64,000 bases of DNA. It comes from Antedon mediterranea. Its lineage: Eukaryota > Animalia > Echinodermata. Both the position numbers and the translations under genes were made by a program. Under the pieces are notes generated by a model that made no database searches, was not told the DNA's origin, and was given only the letters and a program-made list of their open reading frames with translations. Positions within the stretch are counted from its first letter, which is position 1. Each line of letters starts with the position of its first letter. Below are positions 1 to 14,092 of this stretch, one piece after another. The stretch covers positions 9,042,201-9,106,200 of the forward strand of contig NC_092670.1 of assembly GCF_964355755.1 (NCBI RefSeq), read 5' to 3'.

Positions 1-1337
1 ATACTCTTTAGAATGGAAGATGACCTCAAAATGTGTAACTTATTACGAAAGCCAATGAGTTGTAAATATGAATTCATGTGCATATTAGACGTACAAAATG
101 GTATGACGTCACCATTTGGCCACATGAATTTTTAAAATAGAGTTTTTTCACCTTTTGTCATAGATAATCACCTTCAAGAGTGCATTTCGCTTATCTGTGC
201 TCAATTTTCGCTCAAATTTTATTATATGCTTGCTAAAACAATTATCTTATTCTCTTTTTATCAGTAAAATTATGAAAATGGTGTCTTATAATTCGTCAAA
301 GTAACAAATATTAAATTCTACTTATTTTTTGGTTTTGTGTTTTACGTGACAATGTTTGACTTCTTGTAAAAATCCACTATTAATGGTAATTTTCTTCTTG
401 GTTTAATTAGTTATTTGTTATTTTCTATGCAACATTAATAGAAATAATTGTTTATAAAATTAAATGAAATAAAAAAAATGAAATTAGCTAATTTTTCCAG
501 GTTTTACGTGACAATGTTTGACGTCTTGTAAAAATCCACTATTAATGGTATTTTTCTTCTTGTTATTTTCTATGTAACAATAGAAATATTTGTTTATAAA
601 AATATTTATAAAATTAAATGAAATAAACGAATGAAATTGCTTTTTAAGATAGTGTTACAGTACATTTACCTTGATTAGCTAATAAAATCAAACCAATTTA
701 ATGCTTTACTAAATGTATAGACTCAGTATTTGATATTACATGTTATAGGCATCAATAGGGATTACCACCAAGGGATTTAATGGTGTTTCTTGGTCACCTA
801 GAACTTCTCAAATTATTGATTCTTACATTATTATTAAACTTAAAGGCAAGGTGCGGCCAAAACATTTCTATTGATCATACATTCCAATAATTATCGATCA
901 ATAGTTTCCCCTATGTTTCATTATTTTTGGCATTTTATTTGTGTTACACGAACTTGTTGAAAATAAGCACTTTCTTATCAGTGTAGGGATAGTACAAATT
1001 TTGTAAATAGAGAGGCATTTTTAAAAAAAAGCTATGAAAAATAAACAGTTTAGTAAAAAATGTTATCAGATGACTAAATATAGGTAATATAACGTGAATT
1101 TTACTTTTTTTTTTATTCAATTTTAGAATTTTATTTTTATGCTATAGCAAAAATTATCCACCGTATATCCATCATCTTTTTTCACCTTTTAGGGAGTCAC
1201 CAGACATGTTATTACATTAGGTTAAACTACATAACTACTGAAAAAAAGTTTTTATGGCAGAATTTTGGCAAATATTTGATTTATGTACAAATTACCAGAT
1301 ATTATATTTAAAATTCATGCCTGTATCTAAGCTTTAA

Positions 1338-1487
1338 GGTTTGTCTACACTATCAAACTGTATGTGTCAAAAAATGTGATGTGCCCATATATGGACATGA
1401 TGATGTCATATCACTAACATATTTAAGCATAGCACTACCATATAAGGGCACATCAAACTTTTTTGACACATAAAGTTTGATAGTGTC
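1338..1487. mobile_element. ~150-bp MITE (PIF/Harbinger-like)
   Basis: Inverted ends acactatcaaac...gtttgatagtgt; same family recurs at ~33020-33146 and ~33210-33372. Confidence 0.65.
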
Positions 1488-1784
1488 AATTCTTTTATAG
1501 AGACACACTCTTTTCTATCAGAGTTAAAATACAATCTTGCGGTTTAGTTGTTTCATGTGTGAATAAAACAAAAGATAGAGGCCTATATTCTTTGCTAACA
1601 CCTATCAGAGTAATAAGAGGAGGAGTTCCATTGGATGGTTGTAACTCAGATATGATGATTCAGATCAGCCACATTAAAAACTAAAAATTGAATAGAAAAA
1701 TGACCTTAATATAATGACAAATTAGGCCAAAACTATGAATAATTTTGTATATCCTAACACTTGATTTTCCCTAAAAAATATCAG

Positions 1785-4756
1785 TGAGTTTTTCCCACCA
1801 TAACACACGTCAAACTTTATACATTTTAAAGTGGTTGATGGGGGACTGTGGCAACATTTCACAATTTTATCCTGTGAGTGGTGAATATGTGATACAACCA
1901 AGTGAGGGAGGACCACAAATTAATGTGTACTGTGATATTAGGGAAGATGGAAAGTGGACGGTAAGACAACAGTTATCAAGAGTAAACCCATCTTTATTAA
2001 TTATTCTATAACACACAAACAAAAACAAAATGTATCCATGATCATTACTATAAGGACTACCAGGGATCAGCATGGACAGAAAACATTTATTATAGAGAAC
2101 AATGTTAATGATTTGAGAGATAAGCCTTTACCAGCAACAGTGCGACGTTACAGAAAATTAAGTTGAAAGGCCAATGATTTATACTAATGTTCCAAATCAT
2201 GCATACTAAGCACCAAGAAGCAACTTAAGTGTAGTCAAATGATACACTATTGACTTAGTGTACTTTAATCGTAATAATACTGACCAGGTTCTCATTTCAT
2301 TCAGTTCTATTTATGCTTGTTCAGTAAAGTAGGCTAGAGTATATATATAACTAAATCTTTTTATGATCAGGTGATACAGAGAAGACAAGATGGATCAGTT
2401 GATTTCTACCGTAATTGGACAGAATACAAAGAGGGTTTTGGAAATGTGAACACAGAGTTCTGGCTTGGTAATGAACAAATCAACCGTTTAACAGCTGATG
2501 GAAATTTTGAGCTAATGGTAGAAATGACAGATCACTTGAATGTAACAAAGTTTGCAAAATATTCCCAATTCCATGTTGGTACTGAGGACTCTAACTATGT
2601 TTTGACAATCAGTGGTTACACAGGAACTGCAGGTTAGTATATTCAATCAACTTTATCTGAAGAAAGTAAACAAAGAATTAACATTGATACTTTTAGCACT
2701 CCTACACTCTTTGTAAGTTGCAGTAAAAATAGTCTATGAACTACTCACATACTGTATGTTTTTATTTTATTTATCACATTTGAAGTGTATAATAAAATTA
2801 ATGTTTAGAATTACAACTGCTTAAATAAATGATAAGGACATTGACTGGGACAGAACCTAAAACATGTACTGTACCCAAGGTTCCTAAAGTTTAGGGTAAT
2901 AATTTGTAGCATGAAATAGAACATAGATAAATGAGGAACCCATGTTAAAATGTAATAGTATTATTATTCAAGTTGACAATTTTCTAGTGTTTTCTAATCA
3001 ATATAACTCTCCAGTGGGAACACGTTTGTTTAATGAATTTGTTTACATATTAATCTATTTGCAAATATTGTAGAAAACATCAAGTAAAAAGATAGAAATC
3101 AAATTTCACCAAGGTATTTGGAACTTATTTAGGTTAGAAATAAAAGAAACTGATTTCAAATGAATACTGTAAATGGAAATATTTTCGCATACAGAATGAT
3201 TCGCTTAACTACTTTCTTGACGTTTTCGCGTATTGATATTTTCACAGATTTCATTTTAGTCTAGGCCTAAAGTAAAGTATAAAAGTGTCGACACGAGCTA
3301 TCATATTAACATCCTATTATTATAGCTGAGGCCCATACAGTGGGCCTTAAGGTCTAGCCTACATTCCGTATTCACAGTACTACAGTAGTAAATTAAAAAC
3401 AAATGTTTCTATATTTGTTTAATCCTTTTTATATTCACAAAACTTCCAATAAACTAACTGCAAAAGTATCTTGAAAATATTCTTTTTTCAAACCAATAAT
3501 TAGTTTTTACTAATTATTGGTTTGAAAAAAAGAATATTTTCAAGATACTTATACCTACAAACCAGATGAACATTTTCAATCATAACTGCAAAAGTGTCGA
3601 TCACTGCTGCAGTACTGAGACAGTACCATAAGAATCTGTAGCTTTTTTCGGTTTGCATGTTGTTTACATTCAACCCAAAATTTGCGAAAATTAAACCATT
3701 GCAAAAATAACGGCATATAAAATGTACAGTGTATTATGCAACATACTAAAGCTGAAAAAAGTTGGACCAACGTTAAGAAAAGCTCCTAAAAACATCTGAA
3801 AAATAGAACAAAACAGTTATAATAATGATATTATAATCTAACCTATTATTATAATCTAAATTGTCTATAATGTAAATTGTTGGATGGCCTTCCCACTTCA
3901 AAATTCTTTCTTATAGGCCTGAAACAAATCTAACAACATTAAAATGTTCAAATGCACTCATGGTACAACTTATCTATTCTGTAATGGAACAACTCTCAAG
4001 GTCAAATGACATTTGATCCTTTTACTTCAGCAACTACATTTGTTTTAATGTAGGCATTTATGAGGAAGTCGAGGCAACAGTATGTGTATAATTAATATCC
4101 AAACAAGCTTGCTAAATAATTGCACAAACAGGTTAAAGAGTGAGTAAAATATAATTACTGCCAGTAACTACAGAATTATAGAATTTTCTACCCAAAACAA
4201 TTTTTTTGGTAAAATCAGACAAAACACAGTGAAATTAAAAACAAATTAAATGTAATTAAATAATAAAAAATACTATTTATAGACCTAAATTGTGTTTATG
4301 ATTTAATGTATGGCAATTTGACAAAAAAAATTAAATATGTTAATAAATTACAAATTATAGGATATTTTATTATTTCTATTTTCCCTTTTATATCAAATAC
4401 CTTTTATTTTATTTTTAATACAAAGAAAAACAAATATTTAAAATGAATTTTAATTTAAAGATATATGAAGTAAACTAAAGATGATATGTTTTGTTTGTTT
4501 AGGTGATTCTTTGGCATTCTACCACAATGGTCAACAATTTTCAACGCATGATAGAGACAATGATAAGCTCAGTGTTAACTGTGCTGAGATATTCAAAGGT
4601 GCTTGGTGGTACCATGCCTACTGTTCTTATTCAAACCTGAATGGGCTTTACCTCACACCAGGTACAGCTGATTGGTCAGGCATCATCTGGTGGTATTTCC
4701 ATAATAATAGAAACAGTCTCAAGAAGACAGTTATGATGGTTAAAAGAGCACCATAA
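1785..4756 (+). CDS. Fibrinogen-related domain (FReD; ficolin/tenascin/fibrinogen-C-like) protein, copy 1; exons ~1785 or 1832..1960, 2371..2632, 4503..4756; 5' exon probably upstream of the window
   Basis: Motifs GDC..SGEYVIQP..VYCD..GKWT / VIQRRQDGSVDFYRNWTEYKEGFG..EFWLGNE / GDSL..HNGQQFSTHDRDND..CA..GAWWY..C.YSNLNG. GT donors at 1961 and 2633, AG acceptors before 2371 and 4503, phases 0 and 1 compatible. Confidence 0.92.
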
Positions 4757-7401
4757 GATAGTTGTCATGATTCAAACATGAATGGCTTTAACCTACACCA
4801 GATACAGTTGATTACAATGGCATCAACTTGTATACTTTTGATAGAGGCCTTAAGACAACAGTGATGATGGTTAAGAGAGCAGCACAAAATAATCAGAATC
4901 TGTAATTATTGAATAATTTGACTTATAAATAATATATAGGAATAACGAAGATTCCTCTTTTGTTTCTTTTAGCTATTATCCATTTGGAATTATCATTAAA
5001 TAATTGTATTGTTAAATAACAGCTCGTTATCTAATCCAAATGTTACAGAATTAATAATCGAATATATTGTCATATCACTTGTGATTTGTTTAAACATTAT
5101 TAGTATTTTAATTTATATAATAATATAAATATTATGTAAACTTTCATTAGGCATACAAAGATTAATAACAGTTATTTTTTTAAATTTTATTATTATTTGA
5201 ATTTATGCTATAACTACATATATAATAGTAACAATAATATTAATTGTTTTTAATTACAAAATAACATTAAATTGATATTCAATCAGTGTATCCTTTCATT
5301 ACTGATAAATTAGTAGTTTGTAAATCTAACTTTAGGAGTATGATTTTTAGTCTATATTGAATCTTGTTTTAAAGTTATTAAAAATGAAATAAAAACATAT
5401 AATGAATGTGTATGTATTTTTTAATGTAAAGATGGCTTTTTTAAAGATATTAACAATCACCATGGTGGATATAATTAATAGGCACCACTAGCTCTTTTTT
5501 AGATATGTAATAAGTGAATGTTTTAAGGTTTTTTATTCATGTATGTTTTTAATTGTATGGTACGATATCTAATTTTATTAAGATGTTTCTATTTTTATAG
5601 CAATTTTAACTAATTTTTAGTCATTTGTAATACATTTCATTTCAGTCCTTGACTGTCGTTTTGTAATATATTTTTATATACCGAATAAATAAAAAAAAAA
5701 CAAAAAAACAAAAAAACTCCAACATTGGATCTTCATAATAATTGTTTTGGAAATTCACTAAAATTTACTTATTTATGCAAATACGAGGGGGTTTATTCAG
5801 ATATGAATACAAACAATATACATACAAATATATTATTCACCAACTGTTCTAATACCACACACGTGAGACCAAAGACGAACAATTATTAATAACATTCTTA
5901 GTGCATGTATAGAGGTAATTGGCAAGTTACTCGATGTTGGATGGAGATGAAATAAAAAATAAAAATGGCGTTCTATCAAATAAAGCGCGTCTTATTCTTC
6001 AATACATATCAACAATATAGATGGATATAACGTTTTAGTATCATTTTGATTTTCGATTTCGATTCTTACTGTTTCAGTATATTTTATTTTATTCGTCATT
6101 ATAATCAATGCATTAAAGAGAAAAACGAAATGCATCACCAAAGCGGTTACTAGGGAGAGAATGTGAATTTATTAATTATCGCAAGAAGCTTTCTCAAATA
6201 ATGTCGTCGTTATCACAGTTGTTCAGCTGTGACGTTTGACTACACGGCCCATCTGAATTGAAAGAAAGACAAACACCAGGTGCTGGAAAAAATTTCTATT
6301 GGCCATACATTCCAATAGTTATCAATCTATAGTTTCCCCTATGTTTTATATTTGTATATTAATATCAATCCATTACTTGTTGGTCAAGTTAGTGAAAACC
6401 AAACATGTATGATTTACCCTTCAAACTTGAAAATTTTGATACCATTAAGATTTTTGACTTGAAAGCTATGTAAGATATTGTTGCTGGAGAGAATCGACGT
6501 ACCTATTTAAATAATATTTGTTTTGTCAGTCATCAAAATAGATTGATACAGCTAATTCAATATAGGAAAATAATTATGTGTTTGTTTAATTTATCTTCAT
6601 CACATAATGAATTATACAGTTCGTAAATTCTATACTTATATATATAATTTATTGGAGATAAACACGTTTTCTTATGTTTTATGTCTCCTAAAAAAGAGTC
6701 GAGTTCATTTAATATTGGAAAATTGAACAAATTATTGATTGTAGTGGCCATATAGAATTGTTTATCCAGACTACTGAAATTATTTATATTATTAAATATT
6801 TTAACTGGTCAGAGTTTTAAAGATGAGAAAAAGAAATGGCACAGAAATTCATGATTATCACAGCAAATGTACCACTTTTCTGTCTGGATTCAATTACATT
6901 TTTTAATATAATTTATGTTTTAATGTTTTTTTATGAGGAAGTGCATACAGAAAAAAAGAAAAGATTCGATTGGAATACGTAGGACTTGCAAATAAAAATT
7001 ATAACTGGACACCCATTATGAATTGTTGCAGGTATTGAATCAGATCAGGTGCTTCTCAATAAAACAGAAATAGATTAAATATTTTTAGAAAGTAATCTGT
7101 ATTTTAATTATTGTAATTTGAACACCAAAAAATGCGTCTAAAAAAAAGAGCATGTATATCTTCATGATTTTTCATACATTATTATTTTATTTATTTTATT
7201 CAATCTCATTCAACAGCGGGAAACCCGCCCCTTAAAGAATGGAATAAAATATACAAGGGCTAGTGTTGCCCGAAAGCTCTGCTAACTTTTCTGGCTGTTT
7301 ACTTTATCGTTTTGATTTAGCTTTTCGCTTTTTATTTTTGTATCTCCATTGAGATCCAGCCACTGATACCCACAGCATTGTCATTTTTTTCAGTAATTTG
7401 C

Positions 7402-7404
<3 letters not shown>

Positions 7405-7437
<33 letters not shown>
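7405..7437. repeat. (TA)n microsatellite
   Basis: Direct observation. Confidence 0.95.
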
Positions 7438-7441
<4 letters not shown>

Positions 7442-7729
7442 GTTCGGTTCAATGTAACCTTAAGACCTAAACATTACAAAGTTATACAATCTTATGTAAA
7501 TCATATCTTACACTCAGCATGTTGATTGGTGCACACTGACATGTCTATTGATGTGGTTGGATAATGGAGTATCAACTCTGTCTTCATATACATATAAGAT
7601 GAAAATATAGTTCGTACCACAATGTTAAGAAACTCATTCAGGCGTACGTCGAGCATTTGAAGACGAATTGTAGATTTTATTGGCACGATAACCGTTTCAT
7701 TCGTCAATACATAATTCTAAAACGTCGCA

Positions 7730-9836
7730 ATGCTAACTTCAACTTTAATAATTTTCTTTCTTCTGCTTTTTGTTGTCGGTGATCTTTCGATCAATACATA
7801 TGATTATACGGTTATCCTAGAGGGGCATGCTTTTGAAGGTTGGAGTTACGAGTTGAAGAATATACACAAACTAAATTGTTTGCTAGAATGTTCCAAGAAA
7901 TCTGATTGCTTGTCGGTTAACTATAACCAGAAGGATCGTGTTTGTCAAATCAATAAGCAAATACTGGAAACGTCATCAGTTGAAAACAACATAATTCAAG
8001 CGCCTGAATTTTGTTACATTGAAAGGAGTAAGTATACAATTTTGCAAACTTATTAAAGATGTATTGTCCCTTGAAACACAAAAAAATGATGGTCAAAATA
8101 TTCTAAATTTAAATTGGCCATATCAAAGTAATATTAAAGTTATTCACTTTAAGTCGAAAATTCGAGCCAAAACAACAAGTTTACGTAAATAACAGGTAAA
8201 TTAGTTTGATAACATTTCGTCTGGAAAATTGTCGCGAGCGAAAGTAAACAAAGATTTCAAACCACGAGTACGAATATTGCATATGCTAATTAGGATTATT
8301 TACAACTCGTCACAGTTGAGAAGGTATTTTCACACAGATCGTAAAGAAGTTTTATGAAATATGCATACAGAGAAGCGAAACAAGCACGTTTCATTATGGG
8401 ATATGTTTTGATGGAAAACTTTGACTGGAAGTCAAAGTTATTTTTTAAACAAAAAAACGTCTGTATTTTAGTTAAATGATTTTTTTTTCGACAAATTTTT
8501 GGTGATAGTTAATAACTATTATGATACTTCAAAATGACCCACCTTTTTTCGAAATCTTTAAATTTTTAATTTTTTTGGGATTAGTCAAAGGGACAATACA
8601 TGGATACTTTATATAGAGGTTCACATCAATGTTGATTGGTAGTGATATTTTGTTGCTGTTGAATTTGCCTAGGAAATGTTCTCTTTATTTTCATATAAGT
8701 CAATAAAAAGTGTTCTTCAAAATTTTACAGTACATCTACAAGGATTGAATTAACCTACTATAAATTCAGACCAAATGACTACATGAGGTGGTACTGCATG
8801 TTATATGCATATCTACCAAGTCCGTGGGATTATCACCAAGGGATTCAGTTGTGCTTGATGGTCACCTGGAAACTAGTTTAAATTTTTGCAGAATTATAAA
8901 TTACTATTACGGTACTTATTACTATTAAAATTACAAAGTGTGCACATTAATGAATTGTATTAGTTTTACAATTGAATATTGCATTTCCTCTAAAATAGAT
9001 ACAAACTATTTTTCCCAATAATATACCAGTGTGATCTTTTTTTTAAACAACAATCTTTTTTAATTTTTTTTATTTTAGAGAGTTTTATGAGGGACTGTGG
9101 TGACATTTTACAATATAATCCTTCTGCTAATGGTGGTGAATATGTGATACAACCAGGTGATGGAGAACCAGAGATTACTGTGTACTGTGACATGAGGGAA
9201 GATGGAGGTTGGATGGTAAGTATACAGTAGGCAACAATTTATTCAAAGAAATTAGAAGTACCGTTGATCCAACATCACTGCCACAGCTTACTAATTCATT
9301 ACTAAAACAGTGCCAGGGACAGAAAACACTGATATGGCTTTAGAAGCATAAACATAACTGCGGAAACTTTCAGGTTGACAAATATGTTTTAGTTTTAACC
9401 GAAAGAGCGACCATTATATACTAATGTTCCAAAACTTGCATACTAAGAACCAACAAGCAATTTATTATTACTGGCAGTTAGGTTCTCATTTCAATCATTG
9501 CTATTTACACTAGTTGATGGGCCTGTCATCACTGTTTTAGTAAAGCTAAACTAGAGTAAAGATTACTTTCTTTTCATTATCAGGTGATACAGAGAAGACA
9601 AGATGGATCAGTTGATTTCTACCGAAATTGGAAAAAATACAAAGAGGGTTTTGGAAACGTGAACACAGAGTTCTGGCTTGGTAATGAACAAATCAACCGT
9701 TTAACAGCTGATGGCGAATTTGAGCTATTGATAGAAATGACAGACCACTTGAATGTAATGAAGATCGCAAGATATTCTCTCTTTCGTATTGGTACTGAGG
9801 ACTCTAACTATGTTTTGACTATCAGTGGATACACAG
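7730..9836 (+). pseudogene. Signal peptide + PAN/apple + FReD protein, copy 2, 3'-truncated; exons 7730..8027, 9079..9215, 9584..~9836
   Basis: Hydrophobic N-terminus; PAN-type pattern CLLECSKKSDCLSVNY..CQIN; phase-1 join A|AG; exons 2-3 closely paralogous to copy 1. Homology stops at ...ggatacacag (9836), before the copy-1 donor; no terminal FReD exon found downstream. Confidence 0.8.
8057..8601. mobile_element. Non-autonomous TIR element (Kolobok-like) in FReD copy 2 intron 1
   Basis: TTAA then agatgtattgtccct on the left; inverted agggacaatacat on the right; right TTAA not preserved. Confidence 0.5.
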
Positions 9837-10058
9837 CGACGCTGGAAACAAAGGTTTTTCCAGCCTCCTGCGTAAATGGTTCGTGCTTGGTACGTTTTGT
9901 TCATTAGTTTTCTCCTTAAAGAAGAGCTCCCCTCAAACTTTTATTATGTTTAGATAAGTTTAATTAAAGTGATTATACAAAAAAAAAAGGAAAAATATGG
10001 CAATATATTTAATAATATGGAAATAGTGCTTTTTAATATATTACATTTTTTTCTGCAG

Positions 10059-10259
10059 AGTCAACTACAATGGCGATTGGTACGACCACACACGAGGCAT
10101 CAGCAGTAAGTGAATTTGACACGTCCAACACGAACGGTCTTGCATTACGATCGACAACCATTACACATACATCAACTACAGAGTCAACAGCGAATGCTAA
10201 GACAACACCGATAAGTACAACTATAATCCAAAATTCACCAACGACAGAGTTAACTAATG
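10059..10259 (+). CDS. Isolated Thr/Ser-rich mucin-like exon (phase 1-1)
   Basis: Strong acceptor tttttttctgcag, open frame STTMAIGTTT..STTITHTSTTESTANAKTTPISTT, donor G|gtacag; parent gene unclear. Confidence 0.55.
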
Positions 10260-10292
10260 GTACAGCCATAATATGGCAAATTGTTTTATCAT

Positions 10293-11389
10293 TTACTTCT
10301 GAATTAAACTTTAGGGCAATTGGTTGCAACTTAAGTCCAATATAGGCCTATTCGACTTAATATGCAATATATCACAATCATGTCATTAGCACAAATGCAT
10401 AGATTAAGATATCGGACAAACTGAAAATGTAATCTGGCATCACATGCATATATTCAGTTTATATTAAAAAATATTTAATGATATTTACCAGGATTTAATT
10501 AGTATAGATAGAGATAGCCACATGCGATGGTAAAATAGACCTAACTAGAATAGCTAAATTACGTACATTTCCTGTTTTTAATATTCATTGTCGTTGCAAT
10601 GTAAAACAAGAATATTTCTTACAAAAAACGCTGCTCGCTTATTGTTATTGCTAAGGTCAAGTCTGGGGGTCACTTCAAGTATCCTATTACAAACAAAAAC
10701 TTCAATGGACTATTTTGATAATAATTCAATGATTATCTGACAGCGAATTATAGTAATAACATGGGACTCATAAATACCAGAAATGCTTTGGGATTTGTCG
10801 ACTCTTTTCCCAGCCGTTTTTTTTATTCAACAGGTGAAATTACTTCTGAATTAAACTTTAGGGCAATTGGTTGCAACTTAAGTCCAATATAGGCCTATTC
10901 GACTTAATATGCAATATATCACAATCATGTCATTAGCACAAATGCATAGATTAAGATATCGGACAAACTGAAAATGTAATCTGGCATCACATGCATATAT
11001 TCAGTTTATATTAAAAAATATTTAATTATATTTACCAGGATTTAATTAGTATAGATAGAGATAGCCACATGCGATGGTAAAATAGACCTAACTAGAATAG
11101 CTAAATTACGTACATTTCCTGTTTTTAATATTCATTGTCGTTGCAATGTAAAACAAGAATATTTCTTACAAAAAACGCTGCTCACTTATTGTTATTGCTA
11201 AGGTCAAGTCTGGGGGTCACTTCAAGTATCCTATTACAAACAAAAACTTCAATGGACTGTTTTGATAATAATTCAATGATTATCTGACAGCGAATTATAG
11301 TAATATCATGGGACTCATAAATACCAGAAATGCTTTGGGATTTGTCGACTCTTTTCCCAGCCGTTTTTTGGATTCAACAGGTGAAATTA
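10293..11389. repeat. Near-identical tandem duplication, ~547-bp unit
   Basis: ttacttctgaattaaac at 10293 and 10840; both copies end caacaggtgaaatta. Confidence 0.95.
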
Positions 11390-12375
11390 TAGTGGAGTTT
11401 CCATTTTAACAAAAATGTCAAAGTGTAGTACTATAAAGCTGCTTGATTTCATCTAATGAATGAGTCATCTCGTGTGACGTAGCGGGCTAGAGCAGCAGGG
11501 TGAAAAATACTTTTACTTCTATCAAGTTTAATCATCACTGTTCCGACGTACGCAAAGCAGAAAACGATGTGTAATAATATGTACGATAAACGGCAATATG
11601 CTAACGTCGTCGACTCTAATTAATTAACCAATAATTAATATAATTAATAATATATAATAATAATAATTATTATTATTATTATAAAGTGCTTTAAGAATAC
11701 GATTTATTTTATCGGAAGAAACAATTGAGGAAAATATATAATTATTAAGAATTAGAATGTTGTAAGATGTAAATGAAACACTGGTAAACAAATGTTAATA
11801 GAAATGCGTGCGTTTGTTTTTGCGTGTAAAATTTTACCTAATAAAATGAACTTGAAATATTAGTAAAACACCACTACTCAAGAGAAGATGCTAAGGCATT
11901 GAAGAATTTATTTTTTAAATATGTTTCTGAACAGGCTCAGAATGAATTTCTGACTGTGTGCGTCATGAGAAGGTACATGGAAAACCCTGTCATATGGGTC
12001 GTTGATTTGTCCGTAGTCATTGCATTTTGCCGGGGATTCCCATCATTTAAGTATTTCCGTAGTACCCTATTTATCTTCATTTCCCTACGTCCGTAATATT
12101 GGGCCAAATTTCCGTAGTAATTACGGGCGTTCCGAACTTTGAAATAACAGTGTTTAATTGCTTCTTTCTGCAAATTTCTTTCATATTTTCTTTTCTGGAA
12201 TGTTGATAATAGGCCTAGTAATTAGTTTGGGGACTTCCTCTGACGTTCGTATTGAACGCAACACAAATGTTATCCTTAGTCGCATTTTTATCCGAATTAT
12301 TACTCATTTTGTTTGTATATTATTGACATGATATGATATGTTCATTTATTCTGTGCATGTTAAAATATGTTAAAT

Positions 12376-12750
12376 GCATATGGGTACCATATGGGATTCA
12401 TCTTGTTTTGCACCCGATACCCATGTGGGTCCCATATTGAGTGGCCTATCCCAGAACCCACATGGGGCCCATATCCGAAGACTTCATGGGCAAATTATGT
12501 GTTGCCCATATGGGATTTTAACAGTTTTGCACCCAAGCCCCATGTGGGTCCAATCTTGGTGAGCCCATTCCAAACAAAACCCATATGGGGCCCATATCTG
12601 AAAACAAATGAGTATCATAATTGGTTGCCAATATTGGATTCTTCTGGTTTTGCTCCCAGTACCCATGTGGGTCCCATCTTAGGAAGCCCATCCCATACAA
12701 AACCCATATGGGCCCCATATCCAGAAACGTATGGGCATTGCAATGGGCTA
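12376..12750. repeat. CCCATATGGG-rich palindromic repeat element fragment
   Basis: Recurrent cccatatggg/gggcccc subunits; related to 16823-17898. Confidence 0.75.
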
Positions 12751-14092
12751 TCGAAATGTAAAAGAATCCACAGATGCACAACTTACACATACAGGACAAT
12801 TATAAATACTGTTATGAATTTATTATTTATAATTTGCGTGACAAAGGCTACTGGAAATAGCTGAAGTGAGTACTTGATGAGTGATTTATCGAAAGTCAAA
12901 TTCTTTACAACAACAAAAATACTAAATGATCTATAAATAATGAAAAATTTGACAATGTTCAACATGAATCTGTAGCGTTTAAACCAAGCGTCGTAAAGTT
13001 TATCTACGGGTTTTATTTCGGGCTTATCAAGCCTTCCATCGCGCCCCATCAGTACTTCTTTGCCTTCTACAAAATTGTCACTTTGTCATTTGTTGCCACA
13101 ATATTTGATTTTGGGTTCCTGAAAAAAGAAACAAAAATGTAAACTCAATTATTTACGTATCTTAGATTGCCAAATTTGTAAACAAAACACTGTTGAGGAC
13201 AGATTTATTTCGATCGATTATGATATTTTTAATAATGATTTAAAAAATAAATCTATTCCAAGATTTATTTATGTTACCCTCCTATTAACAAGTTAATATG
13301 TTTATATGTTAATATTGTTTTATTATTTTCTATAATTTAGAAAAAAATGTCCACCTTGCTTTTGAAAGGAGAAATAATTATGAAATTTGAATTATAGTAT
13401 TATAAGTGTACATGAATACGTTCCTTAATAATTGAAAGAAGACTAATATATAATTCAGATAATTCAGATAATATTTATTTAGATATCAATGAATAATACA
13501 AAATAGAAAAAAGATATTAAAGTGAACCTAGATAAAGCAGTAATTGGTAGTCATTATTATCATGGATCCCTTCTAGAAGTTAAAACTTGTCTCGTAGGGA
13601 TCCACAACAAAACACATTACTAAAAAAAATAAAAAAAACCTAGAATATATATATACATAATTTAGGATAAGAAATTACAGTATAATAACATATAACTAAC
13701 ATCTTCTTTATAAAAATTATTTAAATTATGTGATTTAAACGCACTTACCGATGTTAGATTATACAGGCATCTTATTTTTTCTGAAATTTCTTTCCAGTCC
13801 GATTGATTTTTGTTAGCTAGTGCTACAATGTTATTGTACTGGCTATCTCGGCTACATAATACGAGCCTATGATCTGAAAATGTGTTAAATAGAAATATAA
13901 CTTAAGATGATTTTTATATAATAATTATACACAAAACATGGACCTCTAACATTTTATAATCTGCTAGCCATGGCCTAGCCTGCTTCTTAAACATACATGC
14001 TGCACACATGCATTTAATGCCTAAAATAATATTGTAATTAAAAGCTTTACATTGTTACATTACCGGCCGTAGTATATAATAATAAATAGAAG

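Noticed and set aside
339-640. ~160-bp local tandem duplication
   Set aside because: Real but ordinary AT-rich intronic duplication.
720-805. Segment similar to 8800-8875 as an extra exon
   Set aside because: No shared open frame; explained as intron homology between FReD paralogues.
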